Of a stretch of 64,000 bases of DNA, positions 19,366-29,024 are shown one piece after another. The DNA comes from Bacilli bacterium (lineage in GTDB: Bacteria > Bacillota_I > Bacilli_A > RF39 > UBA660): positions 94,386 through 158,385 of the forward strand of contig JAQUYH010000001.1 of NCBI GenBank assembly GCA_028691955.1. Reading direction: 5' to 3'. The translations under genes and the position numbers were made by a program. The notes beneath the pieces are model-generated. The model saw nothing but the letters and a program-made list of their open reading frames with translations, was not told where the DNA came from and did not search any database. Position 1 is the first letter of the stretch; each line of letters begins with the position of its first letter.

Positions 19366-21669
19366 ATGACTAAAGAAGAAGAAATCATTATTTGTCCAGA
19401 ATATATAGCTAACAAAGAAATAAATAATAATCCCTTTTTAAATAGAAAATATTATAGATTAAATGAATTTATAAATAAATATATATATAAATATAAAGAT
19501 AGTACCCTCTATTATATTTCAAATAAATATAACATGTTACCAAGCAACGCAAAGATAATTATGGATAATTTATACTATATAGAAAACGCATTAAATGATA
19601 AGACCAAATATCTACTAGATATAAAGGAAGATTTAATAAAAAATAATTACATAATTTACAATAAATACTTTACCCATTTCATCAAAAACAAAAAAATAAA
19701 CGTTATAGGTTATAGTGAAAGCAAGTATTTAAAAAATCTATTTAAAAATTTAAACAGCAATTTTATCAAAAATAAAGAAATTAATAAGAAATTTCAAATA
19801 TATAAGTTTCACAACATAGAAGAAGAAGTTGTATTTCTTGCTACAAATATTAGTAAATTAATCAATAAAGGAATAGATATAAACAAAATAAAAATAAGAA
19901 AAGAAGAAGAATATATAAATACTATTAATAAAATATTCCCATTATTTAATATTCCATATGAATTAAATTCAATGACTTCTTTGTTCTCATTAAACAAAGT
20001 AAAAGATTTTTTAAATAATATAGATGATAATAAAAGAATAAATGAACTGCAAAAAGATATTGACAGCCTTGGGTTAAATAGTGATATTCAAAACAAGTTA
20101 GTAAATATAATTAACAAATATACTGATATAAATCCAACAGTTAAAGAATTTAAACCAGTTTTAATTTATGAATTAAAAAATAATTATATTAAAAATAAAA
20201 GCTACACTAATTGTGTAGAGTTTATTGATATATATAATTATGATTTATCAGATATAACTCTGTTTTTAATAGGATTCAATCAAAACAGTATTCCTATTAT
20301 ATATAAAGACGAGGACTTTTTAACAGATAAAGAGAAAGACTTATTAAAAATTGACAATAGCTATGATAATAATAAATTAGAAAAAGAAAAAATTATCAAC
20401 ATTTTAAATACAGTAAATGATATATATATATCCTACAAGGAAGAAACCCCTTTTAATAAATACAACATTTCTAATGTAGTAGATGATATAGACTATGAAA
20501 TAACTTCTCTAGAATATGATTTTAGTAACAAAGAATATAATAAACTATTATATTCTTACAAACTAGATGAGTTATTAAAATACAATATCAAAGATAATAT
20601 TACAAATAATTTATATACTAATACTCAAATAGAATACAATACATATTCTAATCTTTTTAATGGGATTAATTTAAAAGAGATAAATTTGAATCTATCAACA
20701 ACAAACATGGAGCAATTTTTTAAATGCCAATTCAGTTTTTATATTAATTACATTTTAAAATTAGATACTTTTGAAGAAACAACATATATTAAAATCGGTA
20801 ATTTATTTCACAAAATATTAGAAGAAGTATACAAAAATAAAGTAGAGAAATATGAAGATATAATTGATAAATACCTTTTAGAATACTTTCCAGAACAAAC
20901 ATTAAAGCAACAATTCTATAATCAAAAATATAAAAACTTAATAATAGACATAATTAATATAATTAATAGTTTTGATACAAACTTTGAAAACATAATGTTT
21001 GAAGAGTGGTTTAGTGTTCCAAAAACAAATAATATTAAAGTGGTAGGTAAAATAGATAAGATAATGTCTTTAGAAAAAGAAATTAATAATATTGCTGTTA
21101 TCGATTACAAAACCGGATTCTTACACGCCGACTTTAATAAAGCAAAACATGGCTTTGATATGCAGTTGTTAGTTTATTTATACCTAATAAAGAATAGCTA
21201 TAAAATTAAAAATCCAAGATTTGTTGGAATGTATTTAATGCCAATATTATATGATACTTTTAAAAGTGATAAAGATAAATCATATAAAGAAATAATAGAA
21301 AACAACATGAAACTATTTGGTTATAGTAATACTGACTTATCAATATTAAGTGAATTTGATAAAAACTTAGAAAATTCATTCATCCAAAGTATGAAATTAA
21401 AAAAAGATAATTCGTTTTATGCATACTCTAAAGTTTTAAACGATAGTGAAATAGAAGAACTTTTAAAAATAGTAGACAAAAATATAAATGAAGTAATAGA
21501 TAAAATCAATAAAAGTGATTTTAAAATTAATCCTAAAAGATTAGGTAAAAATAATGTAAGCTGTACTTTTTGCAAGTTTAAAGATTTATGCTACATGACT
21601 AATAATGATATCGTAAACTTAAAAGAATACAAAAATTTAGAATTTTTAGGAAGTGATAATAATGACTAA
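19366..21669 (+). CDS. rexB: ATP-dependent helicase/nuclease subunit B (AddB/RexB-like), shortened, no Walker A
   Basis: immediately upstream of addA and overlapping it; C-terminal Fe-S/nuclease Cys cluster CTFCKFKDLC. The 19255 start in the track is an upstream extension. Confidence 0.65.
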   Translation: MTKEEEIIICPEYIANKEINNNPFLNRKYYRLNEFINKYIYKYKDSTLYYISNKYNMLPSNAKIIMDNLYYIENALNDKTKYLLDIKEDLIKNNYIIYNKYFTHFIKNKKINVIGYSESKYLKNLFKNLNSNFIKNKEINKKFQIYKFHNIEEEVVFLATNISKLINKGIDINKIKIRKEEEYINTINKIFPLFNIPYELNSMTSLFSLNKVKDFLNNIDDNKRINELQKDIDSLGLNSDIQNKLVNIINKYTDINPTVKEFKPVLIYELKNNYIKNKSYTNCVEFIDIYNYDLSDITLFLIGFNQNSIPIIYKDEDFLTDKEKDLLKIDNSYDNNKLEKEKIINILNTVNDIYISYKEETPFNKYNISNVVDDIDYEITSLEYDFSNKEYNKLLYSYKLDELLKYNIKDNITNNLYTNTQIEYNTYSNLFNGINLKEINLNLSTTNMEQFFKCQFSFYINYILKLDTFEETTYIKIGNLFHKILEEVYKNKVEKYEDIIDKYLLEYFPEQTLKQQFYNQKYKNLIIDIINIINSFDTNFENIMFEEWFSVPKTNNIKVVGKIDKIMSLEKEINNIAVIDYKTGFLHADFNKAKHGFDMQLLVYLYLIKNSYKIKNPRFVGMYLMPILYDTFKSDKDKSYKEIIENNMKLFGYSNTDLSILSEFDKNLENSFIQSMKLKKDNSFYAYSKVLNDSEIEELLKIVDKNINEVIDKINKSDFKINPKRLGKNNVSCTFCKFKDLCYMTNNDIVNLKEYKNLEFLGSDNND

Positions 21670-24600
21670 ATGGACAGAAGAACAATTAAGTGCCATTTTT
21701 ACAACAGGTAGTAATATAATAGTTAGTGCGGGAGCAGGTAGTGGTAAAACAGCCGTTTTAACAGAAAGAGTTATAGAAAAGTTAAAATCAGGGATTAATA
21801 TAAACAATTTAATTGTTTTAACTTTTACCAATGCTGCTGCTTTTGAAATGAAATCTAGGATTAAAGATAGTATTAAAAAAATTCCAGAGTTAAAAGAACA
21901 ATTAAATTTAATAGATTCTTCATATATAACAACGTTTGATAGTTTTGCTTTATCTTTAGTACGTAAATATCACTACCTTATATCTCTACCTAAAGATATA
22001 AGCATCATAGATAATGTATTACTATCCATTAAAAAAAAGGAATTATTAGATTCTATTTTTGAAAGAGCCTACACTGATGAAAAATTTAAATCATTTATAG
22101 ATACCTTTACAACTAAAGATGATGATAAAATAAAAGAAACAATTGAACTATTTAATGAAAAATTAAATAGTATATCTAATAAGAGTAAATATTTAAATGA
22201 ATATTTAGATAAACATTATAATTCTAGTTTCATTGAAGAACAGTTTCAAAATTATTTGAAATTATTAGAAAATAATAAAAATGAAATAATATCCATTATA
22301 GGCAAACTAAATGATACAGCAACTGATGAAATAATTATCGAATTTGTAAATAAAATTAAAGAAAGTCTATCATTTATATTTAAAGCTAAAGTATATGAAG
22401 ACTATATAGAAATAGCTAATTATAAAACTCCAACTTTCCCATCTTCTAAAAAAATAGAAGAAAGTAACATTGATGAAATTAAGAAGTACTTCAGTAAATT
22501 AAAAACACGAGTTACTTCTTTGCAAGAGTTAACCGATTATAGCAATAAAGATGAAATAATAGATGAAATTATTCAAACAAAAGAATACATAGAAGTCATA
22601 GTAAAATTGATAATAAACTACGATAAAAAGATACTAGAATATAAAAGAAGCATTGAATCATTTGAGTTTAATGACATTATGCGCTTTTGTATTGAAATAT
22701 TGGAAAAAAATCTTAATATAGCTAATGAAATAAAAACAAACACTAATGAAATAATGGTTGATGAATTCCAAGACACTAATGATATTGGAGAATACTTTTT
22801 ATCACTTATTAGTAATAATAACTTATATATGGTAGGGGATGTTAAACAGTCAATCTATAAATTTAGAAATGCTAATCCGAAAATATTTACAAACACTTAT
22901 TATTCATATAAAGAAGGAAACGGCATATGTATTGATTTAAATAGAAACTTTAGATCAAGAGAAGAAGTATTAGATAACATTAATCTAATATTCAACTATA
23001 TTATGGATACATTAGTTGGTGGAGTAGAATATGACGAAAAACAGGCCCTAATCTGTGGTAATAAAACATTTCCTAAAGTAAAAGATAGCAACATGGAGCT
23101 TTTATCATATGAGTATAAAAAAACCGAATTGAGTAAAGTATACACAAAAGATGAGCTAGAAATCTTCATTATAGCTGATGATATCCTTAAAAAGATGCAG
23201 GAAATGGAGGTTTTTGATAAAGAAACCAAGCAATTACGAAAACCAGTATATAGTGACTTTGCTATTTTGTTAGACCGAAAGAGTAGTTTTGACACATATA
23301 AACAAATATTTGAGTATAAAGGCATACCATTAACAATCCACAAAGATGAAACATTTTCATACACTGATGAAATGTATGCTTTAAAGAATTTATTTAAATT
23401 AATAAACATATTTAAAACTAAAGACTTTAAAGAATTAAAATATTCTTTTATGAGTGTAGGAAGAAGCTTTATTCTAGAATATAGTGATAAATTATTATAT
23501 GAAAACATTGATAATATTTTTGAATGTAAAGAATTCAAATCATTCATAGAAAAAATTAATTATTTAGCTCAGTATTCAAATAATAATTCGTTAAGTAACT
23601 TGGTTAACGAAACATACAAAACTTTTGATATATATATGAAGTTAATAAAAATAAGTAACGTATTAGAGAAAAGTATTAAATTAGATTATCTAGTAGATGT
23701 AAGCAAAAACCTAGAACAAATCGGTTATACCTTGCAAGATTTTGTCTTATACTTTGATGAAATATTTAATATTAAAACAGATATATCTTTTAGCTTAAGT
23801 AAAGATACAACCAAAAATGCAGTTAATATAATGACAATTCATAAATCAAAAGGGTTAGAGTTTCCAATATGTTATTTTGCTAGCTTATATAAAGAGTTTA
23901 ACATTCGAGACGTTAATGGTTCATTCTTATTTGATAACAATATTGGATTAATTTCTCCTATATTTAAAGAAGGCATAAAAGATACAATATATAAGCCACT
24001 TGTAAAAAACTCATACTTATTAGAAGATATTTCAGAAAGAATAAGAGTATTATATGTAGCTCTTACAAGAGCAAAAGAAAAAATAGTTTTTGTGTCCAAT
24101 TTTGAAGACTATGATGAATATCCTACAGTTCATGATAAAGTAGATTTGCTTGATAGAATGGAATATAAAAGCTTTTTAGATATTTTACTTTCTATTAAAA
24201 ATATATTAAAAAAATATATAAAAAAAGTTGAACCAAATCCTAATAAAAAATACGAAATAGCAAAAAATATACAATATGATAGTTTACTAAATAAAACAGA
24301 AATAACATTTGAATACATAAACACTGACAATAAAAAACAAGAATTAGAAGAAAAGACATATTCTAACAAGCCAAGCACCATTGTATCTGCAAACAACATG
24401 GAAGATGGTATAGAGATTCATGAAATATTAGAGTACCTAGATTTTAATAATTACAAAGAAGAATTAAATAATTATCAAATTACAGACTTTATTAAAGAGA
24501 AAATAATAGCTTTATTTAGTCAACCATTTATGAAGAATATTAACAAATCAAAAATATACAAGGAATATCCTATTAATAATGGTAAAGGAATTATAGATTT

Positions 24601-24775
24601 ACTAATTATAGGAGAAAAGTGTATTGTAGTGGATTATAAAACAAAAAATATAGATAAAGAAGAATATATAAACCAAGTTAGAAACTACATGGAGTATATG
24701 AAAAATATTACAAATCTAGAAGTAGAAGGATACATTTACTCTATTATTGAAGAAAGGTATATTGAAGTAAAATGA
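21662..24775 (+). CDS. addA: ATP-dependent helicase/nuclease subunit A (AddA/RexA; UvrD-type helicase plus C-terminal PD-(D/E)xK nuclease)
   Basis: Walker A AGAGSGKTAVL; C-terminal IDLL…VVDYKT nuclease motif. An alternative GTG start lies at 21653. Confidence 0.85.
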   Translation: MTKWTEEQLSAIFTTGSNIIVSAGAGSGKTAVLTERVIEKLKSGININNLIVLTFTNAAAFEMKSRIKDSIKKIPELKEQLNLIDSSYITTFDSFALSLVRKYHYLISLPKDISIIDNVLLSIKKKELLDSIFERAYTDEKFKSFIDTFTTKDDDKIKETIELFNEKLNSISNKSKYLNEYLDKHYNSSFIEEQFQNYLKLLENNKNEIISIIGKLNDTATDEIIIEFVNKIKESLSFIFKAKVYEDYIEIANYKTPTFPSSKKIEESNIDEIKKYFSKLKTRVTSLQELTDYSNKDEIIDEIIQTKEYIEVIVKLIINYDKKILEYKRSIESFEFNDIMRFCIEILEKNLNIANEIKTNTNEIMVDEFQDTNDIGEYFLSLISNNNLYMVGDVKQSIYKFRNANPKIFTNTYYSYKEGNGICIDLNRNFRSREEVLDNINLIFNYIMDTLVGGVEYDEKQALICGNKTFPKVKDSNMELLSYEYKKTELSKVYTKDELEIFIIADDILKKMQEMEVFDKETKQLRKPVYSDFAILLDRKSSFDTYKQIFEYKGIPLTIHKDETFSYTDEMYALKNLFKLINIFKTKDFKELKYSFMSVGRSFILEYSDKLLYENIDNIFECKEFKSFIEKINYLAQYSNNNSLSNLVNETYKTFDIYMKLIKISNVLEKSIKLDYLVDVSKNLEQIGYTLQDFVLYFDEIFNIKTDISFSLSKDTTKNAVNIMTIHKSKGLEFPICYFASLYKEFNIRDVNGSFLFDNNIGLISPIFKEGIKDTIYKPLVKNSYLLEDISERIRVLYVALTRAKEKIVFVSNFEDYDEYPTVHDKVDLLDRMEYKSFLDILLSIKNILKKYIKKVEPNPNKKYEIAKNIQYDSLLNKTEITFEYINTDNKKQELEEKTYSNKPSTIVSANNMEDGIEIHEILEYLDFNNYKEELNNYQITDFIKEKIIALFSQPFMKNINKSKIYKEYPINNGKGIIDLLIIGEKCIVVDYKTKNIDKEEYINQVRNYMEYMKNITNLEVEGYIYSIIEERYIEVK

Positions 24776-25653
24776 AAAATGAATTTTTAGAATATATTAA
24801 AAACGAAAAAATGTACTCTTCAAACACTTATAGTACCTATGAAAGAATAATAGATGAGTACACTTCATTTTTAAAAAAAGAAGGCATTCAAGAAACTGAT
24901 ATAACTATTCAAGTGATTAGAGGTTATTTAAGAACTTTATATGATAATAAATATTCGTCAAAAAGCATGTGTTTATATATAAGTGCTCTTAGAAGTTATC
25001 ATAAGTTTTTGCTTAAGAAAAAAATCATTACGAGTAATCCAATGTCTTTAATAAAAAATCCAAAGTTAGAAAAAAGAAACCCTAAATTTTTAAATTACAA
25101 CGATTTAGATTCGATATATGATGCAATAGATAAAACATCCCCACTGGGAATCAGAGATAACTTGATTATAGAGCTTTTTTATTCAACTGGTGTTCGTGTG
25201 AGCGAACTTGTTAATATTAAACTAGAAGATATAAATGAATTCGATATGACCATTAGAATTTTAGGAAAAGGTAACAAAGAAAGAATAGTTCTTTATGGAG
25301 AAACACTAAAAGAAAAATTAAATTTATATTTAAATAAGGTTAGAGAAAAATTAAAAAAAGAAAACTCTGACTATTTACTATTTAACAAGAATGGTACAAA
25401 ATTAACTGATAGGGGCGTAAGAAAAATTATTGATAAAATAGTAAAAAAAACAACACTTAATGAAAAAATAAGCCCCCATATTATTAGGCATACTTTTGCA
25501 ACCCATTTACTTAAAGAAGGAGCTGATCTAAGAATGGTCCAAGAATTATTAGGCCATTCTAGCTTAGCAGCAACCCAAGTATATACTCATATTACTAATG
25601 AACAATTAAGGAATGTTTATTTAAAAACACATCCAAGAGCAAAGGAAAAATAA
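24772..25653 (+). CDS. xerC: tyrosine recombinase XerC/XerD family
   Basis: R…K…HxxR…Y catalytic residues (RHTFATHLL, GHSSLAATQVYTH). Confidence 0.8.
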   Translation: MKNEFLEYIKNEKMYSSNTYSTYERIIDEYTSFLKKEGIQETDITIQVIRGYLRTLYDNKYSSKSMCLYISALRSYHKFLLKKKIITSNPMSLIKNPKLEKRNPKFLNYNDLDSIYDAIDKTSPLGIRDNLIIELFYSTGVRVSELVNIKLEDINEFDMTIRILGKGNKERIVLYGETLKEKLNLYLNKVREKLKKENSDYLLFNKNGTKLTDRGVRKIIDKIVKKTTLNEKISPHIIRHTFATHLLKEGADLRMVQELLGHSSLAATQVYTHITNEQLRNVYLKTHPRAKEK

Positions 25654-25654
25654 A

Positions 25655-26677
25655 ATGAGAAGTTTTGAACTATTATATGGAGAAGGAAAAACAGTTGATT
25701 TATGTTTATCAGCTTTTAGCTACGAAGAACATGGGAAGAAAGTTATAACACTTAATGCAAATAACGAACCAATAATATCTAAAGTTGAGACCTATTATAA
25801 ATATTTAGGAAGAGACTTATCTGATACTATTGGCGATGAACTGCTTCTTGAAAAAGCAATTAGATATAATGAAAAAGGCTTTAGTGCTATATTTGTTGAT
25901 AATGCTCATTTACTATCAGTAAATGATGTTGAACAATTATTTCTTATATCTTTAATATATAATATAAGAGTTGTTTGTTATACCAATAGAGTAGATACCG
26001 AAGGTGCTATTAGATGTTGGGAACTTGCTAATATAATAAAAAGAGTTGATGCTTCCAACGGAAGAAATAGTGATGATGTAACATTTATATATGGAGCAAT
26101 GGATTCATGTAAAACTAGTAGTTTACTAATAAAAGCAGACGTTCTTGAAAGAAGAAAGGGTAAACAAATAATAACAATAAAGCCTAAGTTAGATAGAACG
26201 GAAGAATATATAAAGTCTAGAGTTGGCATTAAAAGGAAAGCTGATTTGGTTATAGATAATACAAAGCCCTTAACTATTCCAAACCTAAAAGGACTTGATA
26301 CTATTCTAGTAGATGAAGCACAATTTTTATCTCCCGATATAATAGAATCTTTAACAGAAAAATGTAAAACGAACGGTATTCATATTATATTTTATGGTTT
26401 AAAGAGTGACTTTCGAACACAATCTTTTCCAGGAAGCAAAAAATTATTTCTATTATCAGATCAACTCATAAAACTTGATACAGTATGTGGTTGTACTAAT
26501 TTTGTTGAATTTAATGCCAGAACTGTAAATGATAGATATGTATATGAAGGAGACCAGTTCGTAGTAGATAATGGTGGTGAAATAGCATATCATTCATTAT
26601 GTGCAAATTGTTACGTAAGAGATGTTTGGCGACTACCAATTAATGATCATAAGGCACTAGTCAAAAGGTATATGTAA
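25655..26677 (+). CDS. tdk: thymidine kinase fused to an N-terminal degenerate TK-like domain
   Basis: C-terminal half aligns end-to-end with E. coli-type Tdk (ILVDEAQFL, YGLKSDFR, Zn ribbon CGC…CANC), but the P-loop is GAMDSCKTS. The N-terminal half is TK-like with GEGKT, VDNAH, and no Zn ribbon. Confidence 0.75.
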   Translation: MRSFELLYGEGKTVDLCLSAFSYEEHGKKVITLNANNEPIISKVETYYKYLGRDLSDTIGDELLLEKAIRYNEKGFSAIFVDNAHLLSVNDVEQLFLISLIYNIRVVCYTNRVDTEGAIRCWELANIIKRVDASNGRNSDDVTFIYGAMDSCKTSSLLIKADVLERRKGKQIITIKPKLDRTEEYIKSRVGIKRKADLVIDNTKPLTIPNLKGLDTILVDEAQFLSPDIIESLTEKCKTNGIHIIFYGLKSDFRTQSFPGSKKLFLLSDQLIKLDTVCGCTNFVEFNARTVNDRYVYEGDQFVVDNGGEIAYHSLCANCYVRDVWRLPINDHKALVKRYM

Positions 26678-26729
26678 TGTATCTTTTTTTTTAAAATAGT
26701 GATAAAATGTATTTAATATAGGAGGATTT

Positions 26730-28940
26730 ATGAAAAAAGGATTTACGCTAATTGAACTAATAGCTGTTATTACAATTATAAGCATTATTGCTTTGATTAC
26801 AACTTCGAGTATATTAGATGTTATTGATACAAGCAAAAAGAAAACAGCACTATTAACTGGTGAAAAAATAATAAGTGCTATAAAAGCTTATAGTGAAACA
26901 TATGAATTAGAAAATGGTGTTCCTTTTTATAATCAAAGATTATCAATAGAAAATCATTCTTTCACAGGAATAGATATATACTTGAATGATATTTTACCAG
27001 AAAAAGGAACAGTTAATATTAGTGATACAGGTGGCGTAACAATAGCTGTTTATAATGATGGTTATTGTGTATCTGGCAGCACTAAAAATTTAAATATTTA
27101 TGAAGGAGAATGCATAGATGTCTTAACAGCACCTTCGTTTACCATAGCTACAACTGAAAGTATTGATCAAAGTACTCTAACAATTATAGTAAATGCAACA
27201 GTATCAGAAGGCCAGGCGCTAGCTACAGAAGCTTATTCATTTGATAATGGAGCTAACTGGCAATCATCAAATGAACACCTTGTTACATCAGAAATTGGTT
27301 CATTTAACAATACAATATTAGTTAGAGATAATACACTTACAAATATTTCATCAAAAGATTTCAATATCAGTAAGCTTACAATAGATGCGAACGGTGGAGT
27401 AATTTCAGGATTAGATGAAACTCAAATATATTGGTTAGAACCGTCTACAATAGTCTCACTTTCAACACCGATAAAAATTGGGAACACATTTAACAATTGG
27501 GTTTTGTCTAGCAACAGCACTACACTTGGAGGGCTAACATATATAATGGGCTCAAGTGAGGAAACTTTAACAGCTAATTGGACCGTTAACACATATGTAT
27601 TAACTGTAAATGTGGATGGAGGAACATGGAGTGGAACAACACCTCAGGAATTACTATATGGAACATCAACCCCAATAAGTGATCCAACAAAAGTAGGAAA
27701 CAGCTTTGTTAGATGGGATAAAACTGGTACTGGAAGTGATTTGACAGAAGGAACTTTCACTATTGGTAATGAAAATGCAACATTAACAGCTATATGGTCA
27801 GTAAATGAATATATTTTAACAGTAGATAGTAATGGAGGAACGTGGAGTGGAACAACACCTCAAACTCTTGCTTATGGAACAACAATACCTATTAACTATC
27901 CAACAAAAACAAACTATACATTTACAGGGTGGAGTAAGTCTAATGAGAACAGTAATATAGATGAAACATCATTCACTATGGGTGATAGTAATATCACACT
28001 AACTGCAACATGGCTATTAACTTCTTGCGTACTAACAGTAGATGCTAATGGAGGGGCCTGGAGTGGAACAACACCTCAAACTTTAGCAATCGGGTCAACG
28101 ACAAATATTGTCAATCCTACGAAATCCGGAAGCGTTTTTGCAGGATGGCAAGTGTCAAGTGGAAGCAGCAATATAAGTGGGACTACGTTCACAATGGGGA
28201 ATGAAGATACTACTTTAACGGCATTGTGGTATACATATGAAGATATGTTCACATATACAGGAACTTATACTGTAATAGATGATGGTAATGGAAATTGGCG
28301 AATAAAATTTTTAACAAGTGGAACATTTACCCCTAAAGTAGATTTTACAATTGATGCGTTCTTAGTAGGAGGCGGAGGTGGCGGCTGCAGTCAATATGGA
28401 GGCGGCGGCGGTGGTGGTTATACCGCAACACACAGTAGTATAGCCATTACAAAAAATACCGCTTATACAATAACTAGAGGATCAGGCGGCGGCTTGAATC
28501 GTACTGGAGGAACAACCACGGCCTTTGGATACTCAGTTTCTGGTGGTAAACCAGGCGTAACTTGGAATGGTGGTAATGGTGGCTCTGGCGGCGGAGGCCA
28601 TAGTAATGATGCCGTCGGAGGAAATGGCGGTAGCAACGGAGGCAACGGAGGTTCTTCGGCAGGTAATGCTGGTGGAACTGGGCAAGGAACAACAACAAGA
28701 GAATTTGGAGAAAGAACAGGCACACTATATTCAGGTGGTGGAGCTGGCGGTGGTATTCACTTAAAATATAATGGTGGCTCTGGTGGCTCTGGCGGTGGGG
28801 CTCACGGGTCAGTAACCTTAACTTATGCAACTGCAAACACTGGTGGTGGCGGAGGCGGTGGCAATGGCTATGACACCCTTAGCAGTGCCTACGCAACAGG
28901 TGGTGCTTCTGGAATTGTAGTTATAAGAAACCATCGTTAA
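26730..28940 (+). CDS. large modular type IV pilin-like protein with four Listeria-Bacteroides (Flg_new) repeats and a C-terminal Gly-rich domain
   Basis: prepilin leader MKKG|FTLIELIAVITIISII (Glu+5); repeats VLTVDANGG.WSGTTPQ…PTK.G..F.GW; C-terminal roughly 190 aa of GGxGG-type sequence. Confidence 0.75.
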   Translation: MKKGFTLIELIAVITIISIIALITTSSILDVIDTSKKKTALLTGEKIISAIKAYSETYELENGVPFYNQRLSIENHSFTGIDIYLNDILPEKGTVNISDTGGVTIAVYNDGYCVSGSTKNLNIYEGECIDVLTAPSFTIATTESIDQSTLTIIVNATVSEGQALATEAYSFDNGANWQSSNEHLVTSEIGSFNNTILVRDNTLTNISSKDFNISKLTIDANGGVISGLDETQIYWLEPSTIVSLSTPIKIGNTFNNWVLSSNSTTLGGLTYIMGSSEETLTANWTVNTYVLTVNVDGGTWSGTTPQELLYGTSTPISDPTKVGNSFVRWDKTGTGSDLTEGTFTIGNENATLTAIWSVNEYILTVDSNGGTWSGTTPQTLAYGTTIPINYPTKTNYTFTGWSKSNENSNIDETSFTMGDSNITLTATWLLTSCVLTVDANGGAWSGTTPQTLAIGSTTNIVNPTKSGSVFAGWQVSSGSSNISGTTFTMGNEDTTLTALWYTYEDMFTYTGTYTVIDDGNGNWRIKFLTSGTFTPKVDFTIDAFLVGGGGGGCSQYGGGGGGGYTATHSSIAITKNTAYTITRGSGGGLNRTGGTTTAFGYSVSGGKPGVTWNGGNGGSGGGGHSNDAVGGNGGSNGGNGGSSAGNAGGTGQGTTTREFGERTGTLYSGGGAGGGIHLKYNGGSGGSGGGAHGSVTLTYATANTGGGGGGGNGYDTLSSAYATGGASGIVVIRNHR

Positions 28941-28956
28941 CTGTAAATATAATTAA

Positions 28957-28981
28957 AAAGTACAGAAAGTACTTTTTTTTT
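28957..28981 (+). terminator. rho-independent terminator after the modular pilin
   Basis: AAAGTAC-AGAAA-GTACTTT then T9. Confidence 0.6.
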
Positions 28982-29024
28982 ATTAAGATATTTGATAAAA
29001 TGAAAGAGTATAAGGAGGAAAGAT

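Noticed and set aside
24772-25653. XerC-like recombinase as a phage or ICE integrase marking a mobile element
   Set aside because: It is the typical XerC/D length (293 aa) and carries the Xer motifs. Flanking genes (addA, tdk) are housekeeping, and no att-like repeats or cargo genes are present.
26680-26692. T10 homopolymer upstream of the modular pilin as a phase-variation switch
   Set aside because: It lies outside the obvious -35/-10 spacer and coding region. Poly-T tracts are common in this AT-rich genome, so there is no specific evidence.
28463-28836. Three long overlapping ORFs (Pro-rich, and Gln/His/Leu-rich) inside the modular pilin gene
   Set aside because: They are antisense or frame-shifted readings of the GGN-codon Gly-rich tract. 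They have no RBS, and the sense frame carries a coherent domain architecture.
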